From a virus: DNA of 64,000 nucleotides. Position 1 is the stretch's first letter. Each line of letters opens with the position of its first letter. The stretch lies in IMG/VR virus record IMGVR_UViG_3300025137_000018, positions 32,001 to 96,000 of that record, one strand, 5' to 3'. Below the pieces are notes generated by a model. It saw only the letters and a list, made by a program, of their open reading frames with translations. It was not told the DNA's origin and searched no databases. The translations under genes were made by a program, and so were the position numbers. Below are positions 9,240 to 18,841 of the stretch, one piece after another.

Positions 9240-9894
9240 AATAGATCAATTAAGAACTTACTTTAGTAACGAACTTCGTAATGAAAGATTTACGGTGGAC
9301 AGAAATGGTAGTAAAACAATTGAACTAATTGGTGCTTCGTTTTATGCTGATGAACCAGCTATATATGGTGTTCCAAACAAAGCTTATATTGATGCAGAAC
9401 TAAATTGGTACAACAGCCAATCTACAAACATTAATGATATCTATTTAGATAGCGATAAAGAACCACCAGCAGCATGGAAGATGACTGCTAACGAACACGG
9501 TGAGATTAATTCAAATTATGGTCATTTAATTTATTCTGATAAGTATGGTGCACAGTTTGATATGGCACTAACTGAATTGTTACAAAATCCAGATTCACGT
9601 AGAGCATCAATGATCTATACACGACCAAGTATATGGTGTGAATATAATGAAAATGGTAAAAACGACTTTATATGTACAAACTCTGTTACATACTATATCC
9701 GTGAAGGTAAACTAAATTGTGTAGTACAAATGCGATCTAATGATGTTATCTTTGGTTATCGTAATGATTATGCATGGCAAAAAGCAGTACTTGATGATAT
9801 GGCAGGAATGCTAACAATATCTCCAGGCGAAATCGTTTGGCAAGTACAAAACTTACATGTATACGAAAGACATTTTGATTTGGTAAATGCATGA
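9229..9894 (+). CDS. 42: dCMP hydroxymethylase-like (T4 gp42 family, thymidylate synthase fold)
   Basis: DFICTNSV catalytic Cys and MRSNDVIFGYRNDYAWQ, matching T4 gp42 with the cytosine-specifying Asp. Confidence 0.88.
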   Translation: MNLEIDQLRTYFSNELRNERFTVDRNGSKTIELIGASFYADEPAIYGVPNKAYIDAELNWYNSQSTNINDIYLDSDKEPPAAWKMTANEHGEINSNYGHLIYSDKYGAQFDMALTELLQNPDSRRASMIYTRPSIWCEYNENGKNDFICTNSVTYYIREGKLNCVVQMRSNDVIFGYRNDYAWQKAVLDDMAGMLTISPGEIVWQVQNLHVYERHFDLVNA

Positions 9895-10334
9895 ACAATA
9901 AATGGGACAATAGATACTTAAACCTAGCAAGGGAAGTTTCAACTTGGTCAAAAGATCCAAGTACTCAAGTAGGTGCAGTAGCAATTGGAGAAATGGGGCA
10001 AGTATTAGCACAAGGTTACAATGGATTCCCTAGGGGTGTTAATGATTCTCTTGAAAGATATAACGATAAAGAAGTTAAATACCGATACGTAGTTCATGCA
10101 GAAATGAATTGTATCTATAATGCTACATTTACTGGAGCATCTCTAAACAATGCTACAATGTATGTTTGGGGTTTACCAGTTTGCAATGAATGTGCAAAGG
10201 GTTTAGCTCAAGTTGGAGTTAAGAGAGTAGTATCACCTAAGACGATTGCAGATGTACCAGACAAATGGAAGATATCAGCAATTAACACAGTTGATTTATT
10301 AAAGGAGGTTGGTATAACATATGACTTCATTTAA
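9891..10334 (+). CDS. cd: dCMP deaminase
   Basis: SKDPSTQVGA, HAEMN, PVCNEC zinc motifs. Confidence 0.93.
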   Translation: MNNKWDNRYLNLAREVSTWSKDPSTQVGAVAIGEMGQVLAQGYNGFPRGVNDSLERYNDKEVKYRYVVHAEMNCIYNATFTGASLNNATMYVWGLPVCNECAKGLAQVGVKRVVSPKTIADVPDKWKISAINTVDLLKEVGITYDFI

Positions 10335-10575
10335 TGAACAATTACTGTATAAGAAAAATAGAAATAACTCTAAGTTTAAAGATTATACTAAGGAAGATTT
10401 AGAAAATCGTATCGAAAATTTTCAAAAAGATTTAGCTAGATTACACGTACTTAATGCTCCAGAATCAATAAAACAAAATACACAAAATATGCTTGGAGAG
10501 ATTGTAAAAGAATATAAGCTGAGATATGATAAAGGTGAATTTCAATACACAGGAGAAATCTCAAAAAATGGTTGA
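10321..10575 (+). CDS. Hypothetical protein
   Basis: GGAGG RBS, coupled ORF inside the operon. Confidence 0.6.
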   Translation: MTSFNEQLLYKKNRNNSKFKDYTKEDLENRIENFQKDLARLHVLNAPESIKQNTQNMLGEIVKEYKLRYDKGEFQYTGEISKNG

Positions 10576-10867
10576 TTACACACAAGAAGAATTAGCTAAT
10601 TCTAAAAGAATTTTTAAATCGGCAACACCTAAGTATACTTTAGATTGGTATATTAAATGGGTAGCATCAATTGTGGTTTTAGCTGCAATGTCAATACGAG
10701 GTGTCGAAGGATTTCAAATATGGGACTTAGGTCTTAGTGTCATAGGAATATTTCTATGGTTAATAGTATCGGTTTTATGGAAAGATAGAGCACTCATTTT
10801 ATTAAATGGTGCTGGATTATTTTTATTAATAAAAAACTTAGTAACGCATTTAGTAAACGGAGGATAA
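10568..10867 (+). CDS. Hypothetical membrane protein (3 TM)
   Basis: AGGAG RBS before ATG 10568; three hydrophobic helices. Confidence 0.7.
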   Translation: MVDYTQEELANSKRIFKSATPKYTLDWYIKWVASIVVLAAMSIRGVEGFQIWDLGLSVIGIFLWLIVSVLWKDRALILLNGAGLFLLIKNLVTHLVNGG

Positions 10868-11701
10868 ATGGAACACTTAATTATACCTACATTAGGTAGG
10901 ATGGATAAACAAAGAACTTACGATAACTTACCAGAAAAGTATCAAAAACTGGTAAAATTTATAGTTCAAGATCATGAGTACGCTCCTATGAGAGAGCGAT
11001 ACGGAGATGCTGTAGTAAAACTACCTAAAGAAATTTCTAGGTTATCGCCAACACGACAATGGATATGGGACGAGTTTTATAGCACAAAGCACATGGTCTT
11101 AGACGATGACTTTGAGTACTTTAAATATAAAGGCCCAGCACCTGAAGGTATGGACACTAAATGGGAAACCAAGGATATGACAGAAGAAGAGTTTGATGAT
11201 GCTTTTGCCACATTCGACAAATGGATAAAAGAAGAAAAAATTTATCATGGCGGATTCTCAACATCTTGGGTTGTACCAGATCTAAAGTATTGGCCACATC
11301 AAAATAACGTAAGGATTATGACCAACTGTTATTTTGATTCTAAAAATTTACCAAGAAATCTTATATGGGATAGGTTAGAAACTTCTCAAGATTTTGATGC
11401 TAATCTTCAATTGCTTACTCAAGGGTTTGCAAATAGGATTACCACGAGGTATCGTGTTAGCGTAACAGCAACTAACACAGCAGGTGGTTGTTCAAATTAT
11501 AGAACAATTGAATTAAGTAATAAAGTGCATCAGCAATTAGCTGAAATTTATCCAGATTATGTTGCTCTAAAAAGCAAGGTATTGGCTAACGGACCATGGA
11601 AAGGACAAGACAGAATTACTTGTCATATTAGCTGGTCAAAAGCTTATAAAGATGCAATTAAAAAACAACAAGAATCAAGTTTGGAGACATTTTTCGGATG
11701 A
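10868..11701 (+). CDS. DNA glycosyltransferase-like (GT-A; TET-associated / glucosyl-hmC transferase family)
   Basis: IIPTLGR start, MVLDDD metal motif, QDFD, AGGCS; C-terminal SLETFFG. Confidence 0.75.
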   Translation: MEHLIIPTLGRMDKQRTYDNLPEKYQKLVKFIVQDHEYAPMRERYGDAVVKLPKEISRLSPTRQWIWDEFYSTKHMVLDDDFEYFKYKGPAPEGMDTKWETKDMTEEEFDDAFATFDKWIKEEKIYHGGFSTSWVVPDLKYWPHQNNVRIMTNCYFDSKNLPRNLIWDRLETSQDFDANLQLLTQGFANRITTRYRVSVTATNTAGGCSNYRTIELSNKVHQQLAEIYPDYVALKSKVLANGPWKGQDRITCHISWSKAYKDAIKKQQESSLETFFG

Positions 11702-12906
11702 AACACGCAGGTATAGTACCACTAATTGGTGGTGAAATTTTGGCATCAGCAGATGCTTATGGAACAGACCCAGAATATTTAATGACATATTCTGGATTTA
11801 TGGCTAATGAAACACACCTTTTAAATTATTATAAGGAACAAGGAAAGGATATTCCGTATCATGTTTTAGATGAAACGTCCGAAAAAATGAAGAATGTGGA
11901 CATTGTTTCCTCAGTTTGTCCATGTGCTGGATTAAGTACTTATCATAACTCACACGGTGAACAGAACGAAAACAATCAGTGGATGGAAAAATCATCTGAA
12001 TATGTTTTAAAGGAAGTTAAACCAAAGGTATTATGGGGAGAGAACGCACCAGGATTATCTGGAAAGATTGGTAAATTTATGAGAGAAAAGCTCTATAAGA
12101 TCGGCCAAGATAATGGATATAACTTTTCAATTTATTTAACTAAAAGTTTACAGCATGGTAATCCACAGTACCGTAAAAGAACATTCTTTTTCTTTTGGAA
12201 AAAAGATGAATTTAACGATAGGATTCCATTATTTAATTATTATAATAAAGAAAGACCTATGATTCAAGATCTAATTAAAGGCGTTGATACTAACTTTCAA
12301 ACACAGGTATTAAATACTAAAACACCTTCGCAGGATGATCCATATTATAAGTACACCTTAGAAGTTGAATCTAAATGTACTCATGCTGAATTTGTTGAAA
12401 GACATTCACACGAGGAAAAATCTATTAATGTAGAATCTAGGTTAATGAAACTTGGTCATGATCATCTTAAACTTGCTGAATGGATGGATCAATATCCTCA
12501 ATTTGAAAGAGAAGCTGCAAAGGCTAGACGTAAAGCTGGAAAGATTGCATCAGGCGGTGGAATCATGCTTAGAGGTACAATTATTCCAATTAATTACATT
12601 GGTGCATTCGTTGTACATTTACCTAAAGTTATTGCACACCCAACAGAAGATAGATACTTAAATGTTGCTGAAGGGAAAGCTATTATGGGATTACCTTTGG
12701 ATATGGAAGTGCTAGATGTTGAAAAGAATTATAATCATATTTGCCAAAACGTTCCATTTGCTACAGCAAGGGATATGGCAGTAGAGGTTAAATCAGTATT
12801 AGAAGGTAAAAGAGATAGTGTTGAAACTACCTACTTATTCCAAAATAATTTAAACAGAAGTTATGATTATAAAAGAGAAGAAAATAGTTTAGAGGCGTTC
12901 TTATGA
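11698..12906 (+). CDS. C5-cytosine DNA methyltransferase-like protein
   Basis: PC (VCPCAGLS), ENAP, PQYRKR, RYLNVAE..IMGLP, QNVP motifs; motif I degenerate (PLIGG). Confidence 0.8.
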   Translation: MKHAGIVPLIGGEILASADAYGTDPEYLMTYSGFMANETHLLNYYKEQGKDIPYHVLDETSEKMKNVDIVSSVCPCAGLSTYHNSHGEQNENNQWMEKSSEYVLKEVKPKVLWGENAPGLSGKIGKFMREKLYKIGQDNGYNFSIYLTKSLQHGNPQYRKRTFFFFWKKDEFNDRIPLFNYYNKERPMIQDLIKGVDTNFQTQVLNTKTPSQDDPYYKYTLEVESKCTHAEFVERHSHEEKSINVESRLMKLGHDHLKLAEWMDQYPQFEREAAKARRKAGKIASGGGIMLRGTIIPINYIGAFVVHLPKVIAHPTEDRYLNVAEGKAIMGLPLDMEVLDVEKNYNHICQNVPFATARDMAVEVKSVLEGKRDSVETTYLFQNNLNRSYDYKREENSLEAFL

Positions 12907-13679
12907 AAATCTTATTAACAGGAAGCAAAAGCGGGCCAAGAAAAGGTTTTATTGCAAGTAGATTTGCTAAGAAATTTAAAGATGAATATGATATTGTAGA
13001 GTACACTGCAGACATTAGAAATGCAGAAGGTATCATTGTAAGTGATTTTGATTTAGTAATACATCTTGCAGCACTAGCTGGTGTTAGAAGATCTCACGAA
13101 ATTCCTCAAGAATATTGGAAAACAAATGTAACTGCATCTAAATATATTTTTGAAGCTTGTGAAAAAGCTAATGTTCCAATCATATATGCTTCATCATCTA
13201 GTGTTTACGAATGGTGGTTATCTCCTTATGCTTCTACTAAGTATGCTATGGAGGCTATAGCACCTAAGAACTCTATTGGATTAAGATTCCATACGGTATA
13301 CGGTCCTAACAGCAGGCCAGATATGTTATACGATGCACTTTTAAGAAAAGATCCTAAGTTAACTTATTTAACTAATCACACAAGAGATTGGACTCATGTA
13401 GATGATGTATGTAATGCTATAGATATTTGCATAACATATTTTGATCGTATAGTTCATCATAAAGCAATTGATGTTGGTAATGGTAAACCTGTTACAGTAA
13501 AAGAAATGGCTGATAAAGTTTGGCCAGAGAATAATTTACCACTAAAAGAAGTTACTGGTGAACGACAAGATACATGTGCTGATCCATCAATTTTAACTAA
13601 ATACGGTTGGGTTGCTAATCACCATGTATTAGAAGAAACAACAAAACAATTAGAATTAAACTCGGAAGGTATTATATAA
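12903..13679 (+). CDS. NAD-dependent epimerase/dehydratase (extended SDR)
   Basis: ILLTG...GFIA, HLAA, ASSSSVY, YASTK, RDWTHVDD. Confidence 0.9.
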   Translation: MKILLTGSKSGPRKGFIASRFAKKFKDEYDIVEYTADIRNAEGIIVSDFDLVIHLAALAGVRRSHEIPQEYWKTNVTASKYIFEACEKANVPIIYASSSSVYEWWLSPYASTKYAMEAIAPKNSIGLRFHTVYGPNSRPDMLYDALLRKDPKLTYLTNHTRDWTHVDDVCNAIDICITYFDRIVHHKAIDVGNGKPVTVKEMADKVWPENNLPLKEVTGERQDTCADPSILTKYGWVANHHVLEETTKQLELNSEGII

Positions 13680-14533
13680 TGAAATTAGCAATTATAGGAC
13701 ATGGCTTTGTAGGTAAAGCAGTTGATTATGGATTTAGTAATCAGTTAGTAAAAAAGAAAATTATAGATCCAAACTATGGCCATAATAATAACGATCAACG
13801 CAAATTAAAAGATTGGAAACCTGATGTAATTTTTGTGTGTGTTCCTACACCTATGGGCAACGATGGTAATATCAATAGTAGTATTTTAAAATCTGTAATG
13901 GATAATCTTGATGAATGTGTAAAAGAAACATTAATTGTAATTAAATCAACTGTTACACCAGATGTAATAAGTAACTATAAATATTGGAATAACGTAGTAT
14001 ATAATCCAGAGTTTTTAACAGAAAAATCAGCATGTGAACAATTTGTAAATCCTGAGTTTCATATCTTTGGTGGTGAGTCATATAATACTGAAAAGTTAGA
14101 AGAATATTATGAAAAATATAGTTTATGTACTCCATGCCCATCTTATCATATGAACCATGAAGAAGCTTCTTTGGTTAAATACTCAATCAATTCATTCCTA
14201 GCAACTAAGATTACGTTTTTTAATCAACTCTACGATCTGTGCAGAATTAACGGCAATGTTAATTTCAATACTATTATTAAAGCAGTTGGTGCTGATAATA
14301 GAATTGCACCATCGCATACTAAAGTTCCAGGATTTGATGGAAAGCAAGGATACGGCGGTGCATGTTTTCCTAAAGATACTTTGGCTTTTGCAAAATTCAG
14401 CAATGAACTTTCTCTCTTAGCTAAAGCAATTGAGATAAACAATGATTATAGATCTCAATACGAAAGAGACGAAAGAGAAAAAGAACAAAATATTCAATTT
14501 AACCATGTACATTCAACCAAAAGTATGGTATAA
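13679..14533 (+). CDS. UDP-glucose/GDP-mannose 6-dehydrogenase family
   Basis: [30 protein letters not shown]. Confidence 0.92.
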   Translation: MKLAIIGHGFVGKAVDYGFSNQLVKKKIIDPNYGHNNNDQRKLKDWKPDVIFVCVPTPMGNDGNINSSILKSVMDNLDECVKETLIVIKSTVTPDVISNYKYWNNVVYNPEFLTEKSACEQFVNPEFHIFGGESYNTEKLEEYYEKYSLCTPCPSYHMNHEEASLVKYSINSFLATKITFFNQLYDLCRINGNVNFNTIIKAVGADNRIAPSHTKVPGFDGKQGYGGACFPKDTLAFAKFSNELSLLAKAIEINNDYRSQYERDEREKEQNIQFNHVHSTKSMV

Positions 14534-14534
14534 T
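14506..14534 (+). promoter_or_regulatory. Sigma70-type promoter for the bS21-uvsX-41 operon
   Basis: TGTACA-N17-TATAAT. Confidence 0.85.
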
Positions 14535-14559
14535 AACTATATTATTAATAAGGAGAAAT

Positions 14560-14817
14560 ATGCCAAGCGTAGATTTAAGACCTCGTAAGAGGCACCCAAA
14601 AGACAAAAGACCATCAACCGAAATGCCATTCGATGTTGCTCTTAGAAAATTTAGAAAAGCAGTTGAAAGAGCTGGAACTCTTCAGGATATAAGACGAAAA
14701 GAGTTTTATGAAAAGCCAACTGCTAAAAAGAAAAGGAAAAAAGCAGAAGCCTTAGCCAGATGGCGTAAAAAAGAACGCTCCATGCAATTAAGACCAGAAC
14801 GTGGTCGAGGAAAATAA
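14560..14817 (+). CDS. rpsU: Ribosomal protein bS21
   Basis: [17 protein letters not shown]...[10 protein letters not shown]. Confidence 0.93.
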   Translation: MPSVDLRPRKRHPKDKRPSTEMPFDVALRKFRKAVERAGTLQDIRRKEFYEKPTAKKKRKKAEALARWRKKERSMQLRPERGRGK

Positions 14818-14819
14818 TA

Positions 14820-15887
14820 ATGGGAATAATGGATAAACTTAAAAAGAACTCTAGAATTAAAGGTACTGATATTCTAGAAAAGTCAATATACTTTGGTGAA
14901 AAGGATATAGTTACAACAAGTGTACCAATGATAAACGTCGCACTTTCAGGAGATGTCGATGGTGGTTTATCATCTGGTCTAACAGTTTTAGCAGGTCCAA
15001 GTAAACATTTTAAAACCTCGTTTGCATTACTAATGGCTGGAGCATATATGAAAGAACATGACGATGCTGTTATGTTGTTTTATGATTCAGAATTTGGTTC
15101 ACCACAATCTTACTTTGAGTCCTTTGGAATTGATATTTCAAGGGTATTACACACACCAATCACAGACGTAGAACAACTAAAGTTTGATTTAGTTAATCAA
15201 TTAGATACGATTGAAAGAGACGATAAGGTTATTGTCGTAATCGATTCTATTGGTAACTTAGCTTCTAAGAAAGAATTAGAAGATGCATTAAACGAAAAAT
15301 CAGTTGCTGACATGTCAAGAGCTAAAGCACTAAAGGGATTGTTTAGAATGGTCACTCCTTATCTGACTATGAAGAACATCCCTTTACTTGCTGTTAATCA
15401 TACATACCAAGAAATTGGATTGTTTCCTAAAGCAGTTGTATCAGGTGGTACTGGAATTTACTATTCAGCTGATAACATTTGGATTATTGGTAGAAGGCAG
15501 AACAAGAAAGGATCCGAAGTTAAAGGATATGATTTTGTTGTTAATGTTGAGAAATCAAGGTTTGTAAAAGAAAAATCTAAGATTCCAATTAGTGTAACAT
15601 GGGAAGGTGGTATTTCAGAATACAGTGGCCTACTTGATGTAGCACTAGCTGGAAATTATGTTGCTAAACCAAGTAATGGTTGGTACTGTAGAGTTGATCA
15701 AGAAACCGGTGAACTGCTAGAACCAAAGGTAAGAGAAAAAGATACTCTTGATCAAAAATTTTGGAATCCAATTTTTGAAGGAACCGATTTTAAGAAATTT
15801 ATTAAAGGTCATTACCAAATTGGCCAGAAGCCATTAATTGCAATGGACGAAGATTTCACTGTACTTTCAGAGGAAGATGATGTATAA
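14820..15887 (+). CDS. uvsX: RecA-like recombinase UvsX
   Basis: AGPSKHFKT, DSIGNLASKKE, VSGGTG. Confidence 0.97.
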   Translation: MGIMDKLKKNSRIKGTDILEKSIYFGEKDIVTTSVPMINVALSGDVDGGLSSGLTVLAGPSKHFKTSFALLMAGAYMKEHDDAVMLFYDSEFGSPQSYFESFGIDISRVLHTPITDVEQLKFDLVNQLDTIERDDKVIVVIDSIGNLASKKELEDALNEKSVADMSRAKALKGLFRMVTPYLTMKNIPLLAVNHTYQEIGLFPKAVVSGGTGIYYSADNIWIIGRRQNKKGSEVKGYDFVVNVEKSRFVKEKSKIPISVTWEGGISEYSGLLDVALAGNYVAKPSNGWYCRVDQETGELLEPKVREKDTLDQKFWNPIFEGTDFKKFIKGHYQIGQKPLIAMDEDFTVLSEEDDV

Positions 15888-16221
15888 TATATCAGATAGC
15901 GATTTTACACTAGTAGAAAATCCTGAATCAGATTTCTACGGTGTAAAGCTTTTAACCGGAAAGTACAAAGACGTTACAGTTGTTTACGGAAAGGTTTCAA
16001 TAAAAGAAAATGAAGAACTTGATATTGGAACCTTAGAGTTTACTTGGACATGCATTGATCCAGCTGAATTTAATAATAAAGAACTTAATAAGAATGAAGA
16101 GTTTAACAATCATTTAGGCGACGTACTTCAATATATTATATCTGATTCATTGGAAAAAAAGAAGGGACAAATTGGACATATCAACACAAATACCAACACA
16201 CGTACTAAATCATCTACTTAA
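15880..16221 (+). CDS. Hypothetical protein at the gp40 position
   Basis: Lies between uvsX and gene 41 as T4 gp40 does; homology to gp40 not confirmed. Confidence 0.6.
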   Translation: MYNISDSDFTLVENPESDFYGVKLLTGKYKDVTVVYGKVSIKENEELDIGTLEFTWTCIDPAEFNNKELNKNEEFNNHLGDVLQYIISDSLEKKKGQIGHINTNTNTRTKSST

Positions 16222-17560
16222 TGATGAGTTATTCTGCCGTAGGGTAATACCATTTTTAAAGAAGGAATATTTTGAAGGCGAACACCGAGTAGTATTTGAT
16301 CTTATAGTAGATTTTGTAAGTAATCATAATAAATTACCTACAAGTAAAATATTAGAAATTGAATTAACTGGTGTACAAGCACCAGATGATTTACTCAATA
16401 GATCATCACACTTAATCACAGAAATTAAAGAAAGATCTGACATTGAAACAGAATGGCTAATTAAAGAATCAGAAAAGTGGTGTCAAGAAAAAGCAATCTA
16501 TGGTGCAATCATGGATTCCATTCAAATCATCGATGGTAAAAAACCAGAGTTACAAGCAGGTGCAATACCTGATATTTTATCTCAAGCATTAGGCGTATCA
16601 TTCGATCAAGATATCGGTCACGATTATATTGATAATTCAGAAGACCGTTATGAGTTTTACAATAAAGTCGAAGAGCGTATACCATTTGATCTAGGTTACT
16701 TTAACAAAATTACCAAAGGTGGTTTACCAAAGAAAAGTTTAAACATATGCCTTGCTGGTACTGGTGTAGGTAAATCACTCTTTATGTGTCATTGCTCAGC
16801 AGCTAATATTTCTGAAGGAAAGAACGTATTGTACATTACAATGGAAATGGCTGAAGAAAGAATTGCTGAAAGGGTCGATGCTAATTTAATGAATTTTCCA
16901 ATAGAACAATTGGATACTTTACCACAGAATGTATTTAATCAAAAGATTGAAAAGATTGCAAAGGGACACATTGGTAAATTAATCGTAAAAGAATATCCTA
17001 CAGGTGCAGCACATGTTGGCCATTTTAGAGCATTGTTAAACGAATTAAAGCTTAAAAAGAACTTCCGTCCCGATATAATCTATATTGATTATTTGAATAT
17101 TTGTGCCTCTTCTCGTATGAAAGGCCTTGGTGGAAACATAAATACTTATTCATACATTAAAGCAATCGCTGAAGAGCTGAGAGGTTTAGCAGTAGAGTTT
17201 AATGTACCAATCGTGAGTGCGACTCAAACCACGAGATCTGGCTTCAGTAATACTGATGTTGGATTAGAAGATACTTCGGAATCATTCGGTCTACCAGCAA
17301 CGGCTGATTTAATGTTTGCGTTAATATCAACAGAGGAGCTTGAAGAGTTAGGACAAATACTCGTTAAGCAATTGAAAAATCGTTATAATGATCCAACAAA
17401 GTATAAACGCTTTGTTATTGGGGTCGATAGATCTCGTATGAAACTTTATGACGTAGAGGAGGAAGCACAAACTGATATTATGTCAGATATGGTTCCTGAT
17501 AAACCAATAAACAAATTCGGGGAATCTGAAGGCAAAGATTTTTCAGAGTTTAAAATATAG
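16172..17560 (+). CDS. 41: Replicative helicase gp41
   Basis: AGTGVGKS, TMEMAEE, IDYLNIC, SATQTTR, KQLKNRY. Confidence 0.97.
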   Translation: MDISTQIPTHVLNHLLNDELFCRRVIPFLKKEYFEGEHRVVFDLIVDFVSNHNKLPTSKILEIELTGVQAPDDLLNRSSHLITEIKERSDIETEWLIKESEKWCQEKAIYGAIMDSIQIIDGKKPELQAGAIPDILSQALGVSFDQDIGHDYIDNSEDRYEFYNKVEERIPFDLGYFNKITKGGLPKKSLNICLAGTGVGKSLFMCHCSAANISEGKNVLYITMEMAEERIAERVDANLMNFPIEQLDTLPQNVFNQKIEKIAKGHIGKLIVKEYPTGAAHVGHFRALLNELKLKKNFRPDIIYIDYLNICASSRMKGLGGNINTYSYIKAIAEELRGLAVEFNVPIVSATQTTRSGFSNTDVGLEDTSESFGLPATADLMFALISTEELEELGQILVKQLKNRYNDPTKYKRFVIGVDRSRMKLYDVEEEAQTDIMSDMVPDKPINKFGESEGKDFSEFKI

Positions 17561-17571
17561 AGGAAAAATAT

Positions 17572-17748
17572 ATGTTAAATACAATTAAAACTTACGTAAG
17601 TGCAAGACTTGGGGAAAGAACTACTTGGGACGGAACTACACTATGTGTTGTTTGTGGATCAGTAATCCTATTCGGCGGAGTTGCTAAATTACTAGCATGG
17701 GCTGGATTTGCATGGGGTGTATATACTTTAGTTAAGAAAGAATCTTAA
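17572..17748 (+). CDS. Small membrane protein, 58 aa (not in ORF track)
   Basis: AGGA RBS; MLNTIKTYVSARLGERTTWDG...LAWAGFAWGVYTLVKKES. Confidence 0.75.
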   Translation: MLNTIKTYVSARLGERTTWDGTTLCVVCGSVILFGGVAKLLAWAGFAWGVYTLVKKES

Positions 17749-17758
17749 AGAAATAAAC

Positions 17759-17878
17759 ATGAACGTGAGTCTTATATCATATTCGCAACCCTCAGAGGAC
17801 CTCGCCCCGACAAAGGGCGGGGATCTTCTTCAATTAAAACCATTCTCTTATACCGAAACTCTTCGGAGTGATACTTAG
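17759..17878 (+). pseudogene. Possible truncated thyX N-terminal remnant (39 aa)
   Basis: MNVSLISYSQPSEDLAPTKGGDLLQL resembles phage ThyX N-termini but breaks off before ARVS; ends across a CUUCGG hairpin. Confidence 0.45.
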
Positions 17879-17892
17879 GCTAATTATTTTGC

Positions 17893-17940
17893 AAATAAAT
17901 GCAGAAAACCCTGTACAATTGAGTCTGGACATGGTATAAT
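17893..17940 (+). promoter_or_regulatory. Strong early promoter with conserved upstream element
   Basis: AAATAAATGCAGAAAACCC-TGTACA-N17-TATAAT. Confidence 0.85.
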
Positions 17941-17971
17941 ATACCTATATTAAATGATAAGGAATCAAATT

Positions 17972-18316
17972 ATGAAGAACAAATTTCACGAACAGAACGT
18001 CAGCGAACTAAGCGGATACCTCAGCAGAATCAAAGCTGATTACCACAGATGGCAAGATAGAAGCCTTAACGGGTGTACCAAAATCAAAGACCAAATGTTT
18101 GACGATTTTTGTGAAAACTTATCTTACACTGTAGGAAGAAACTATATTAAAGTTATGGCTGGCAATTCATGCCATTCATTCATCGTAGCTAAACCTACTA
18201 AAGGATTTAAAGAAGGTGATATATTAATGGCTAAATCATGGAAAGCACCGGCCACTAACTTTGCAAGAGGAAACCTCTTCGAAGATTATACAATCAGATG
18301 GACAGGAGCTCTATAA
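17972..18316 (+). CDS. Early hypothetical protein
   Basis: GRNYIKV...GDILMAKSWKAPA..ARGN, a recurrent phage early-gene family. Confidence 0.75.
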   Translation: MKNKFHEQNVSELSGYLSRIKADYHRWQDRSLNGCTKIKDQMFDDFCENLSYTVGRNYIKVMAGNSCHSFIVAKPTKGFKEGDILMAKSWKAPATNFARGNLFEDYTIRWTGAL

Positions 18317-18507
18317 TGAATTTAGAACAAACAATTAAACTACTAGCTGAAACAGCAGTAGTAGACGGAAAGCAAGTACTTACAGAAGATCAGATAAGAT
18401 CTATGGTAGGTGCACCAACGCTGGAAGAATCTATAACTTGCATATGCGGTAAAAAATTATCAGAAAATAATGATGACTGCTATGACCACATGACAAACGG
18501 AGTATAA
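18316..18507 (+). CDS. Hypothetical protein (Cys/His C-terminus)
   Basis: AGGAG RBS; CICG...CYDHM. Confidence 0.65.
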   Translation: MNLEQTIKLLAETAVVDGKQVLTEDQIRSMVGAPTLEESITCICGKKLSENNDDCYDHMTNGV

Positions 18508-18508
18508 T

Positions 18509-18841
18509 ATGAGTAGAACTAATTCTTATGTAATGACAGCACATGTTAAATCAGCTGGAGACATGCTTGAACTTCAAACAGTAAGAAATGCTGTTAAGAC
18601 TATTAATAAGATGGCTAGACAAACTGATAAAATAAATCAATATCGATATGAGTCAGGTTGGAATGATGTTTCAAAACCTTTAACTCCAAAGTATCGTGTT
18701 AATGTTATGCCAAGAGGACCAAGAACAGCTGCAGCAATTGCTGACGGTAGGCATCCAAGAGCTTATGATTCTACTCTTCCAATACGTCATGCTGAAAGAC
18801 TTGATGTATATATTCATAGACGTGAAGAGAGTTATTGCTAA
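18509..18841 (+). CDS. Hypothetical protein
   Basis: GGAG RBS; contiguous ORF. Confidence 0.7.
   Translation: MSRTNSYVMTAHVKSAGDMLELQTVRNAVKTINKMARQTDKINQYRYESGWNDVSKPLTPKYRVNVMPRGPRTAAAIADGRHPRAYDSTLPIRHAERLDVYIHRREESYC

Noticed and set aside
9229-9894. Calling this gene thymidylate synthase (thyA/td)
   Set aside because: RNDYAWQ has Asp at the specificity position, as in T4 gp42, rather than the Asn of ThyA
13640-13679. KQLEL near the epimerase C-terminus as a host beta-clamp motif
   Set aside because: Lacks the terminal aromatic residue, and a sugar-nucleotide enzyme has no evident need for clamp binding
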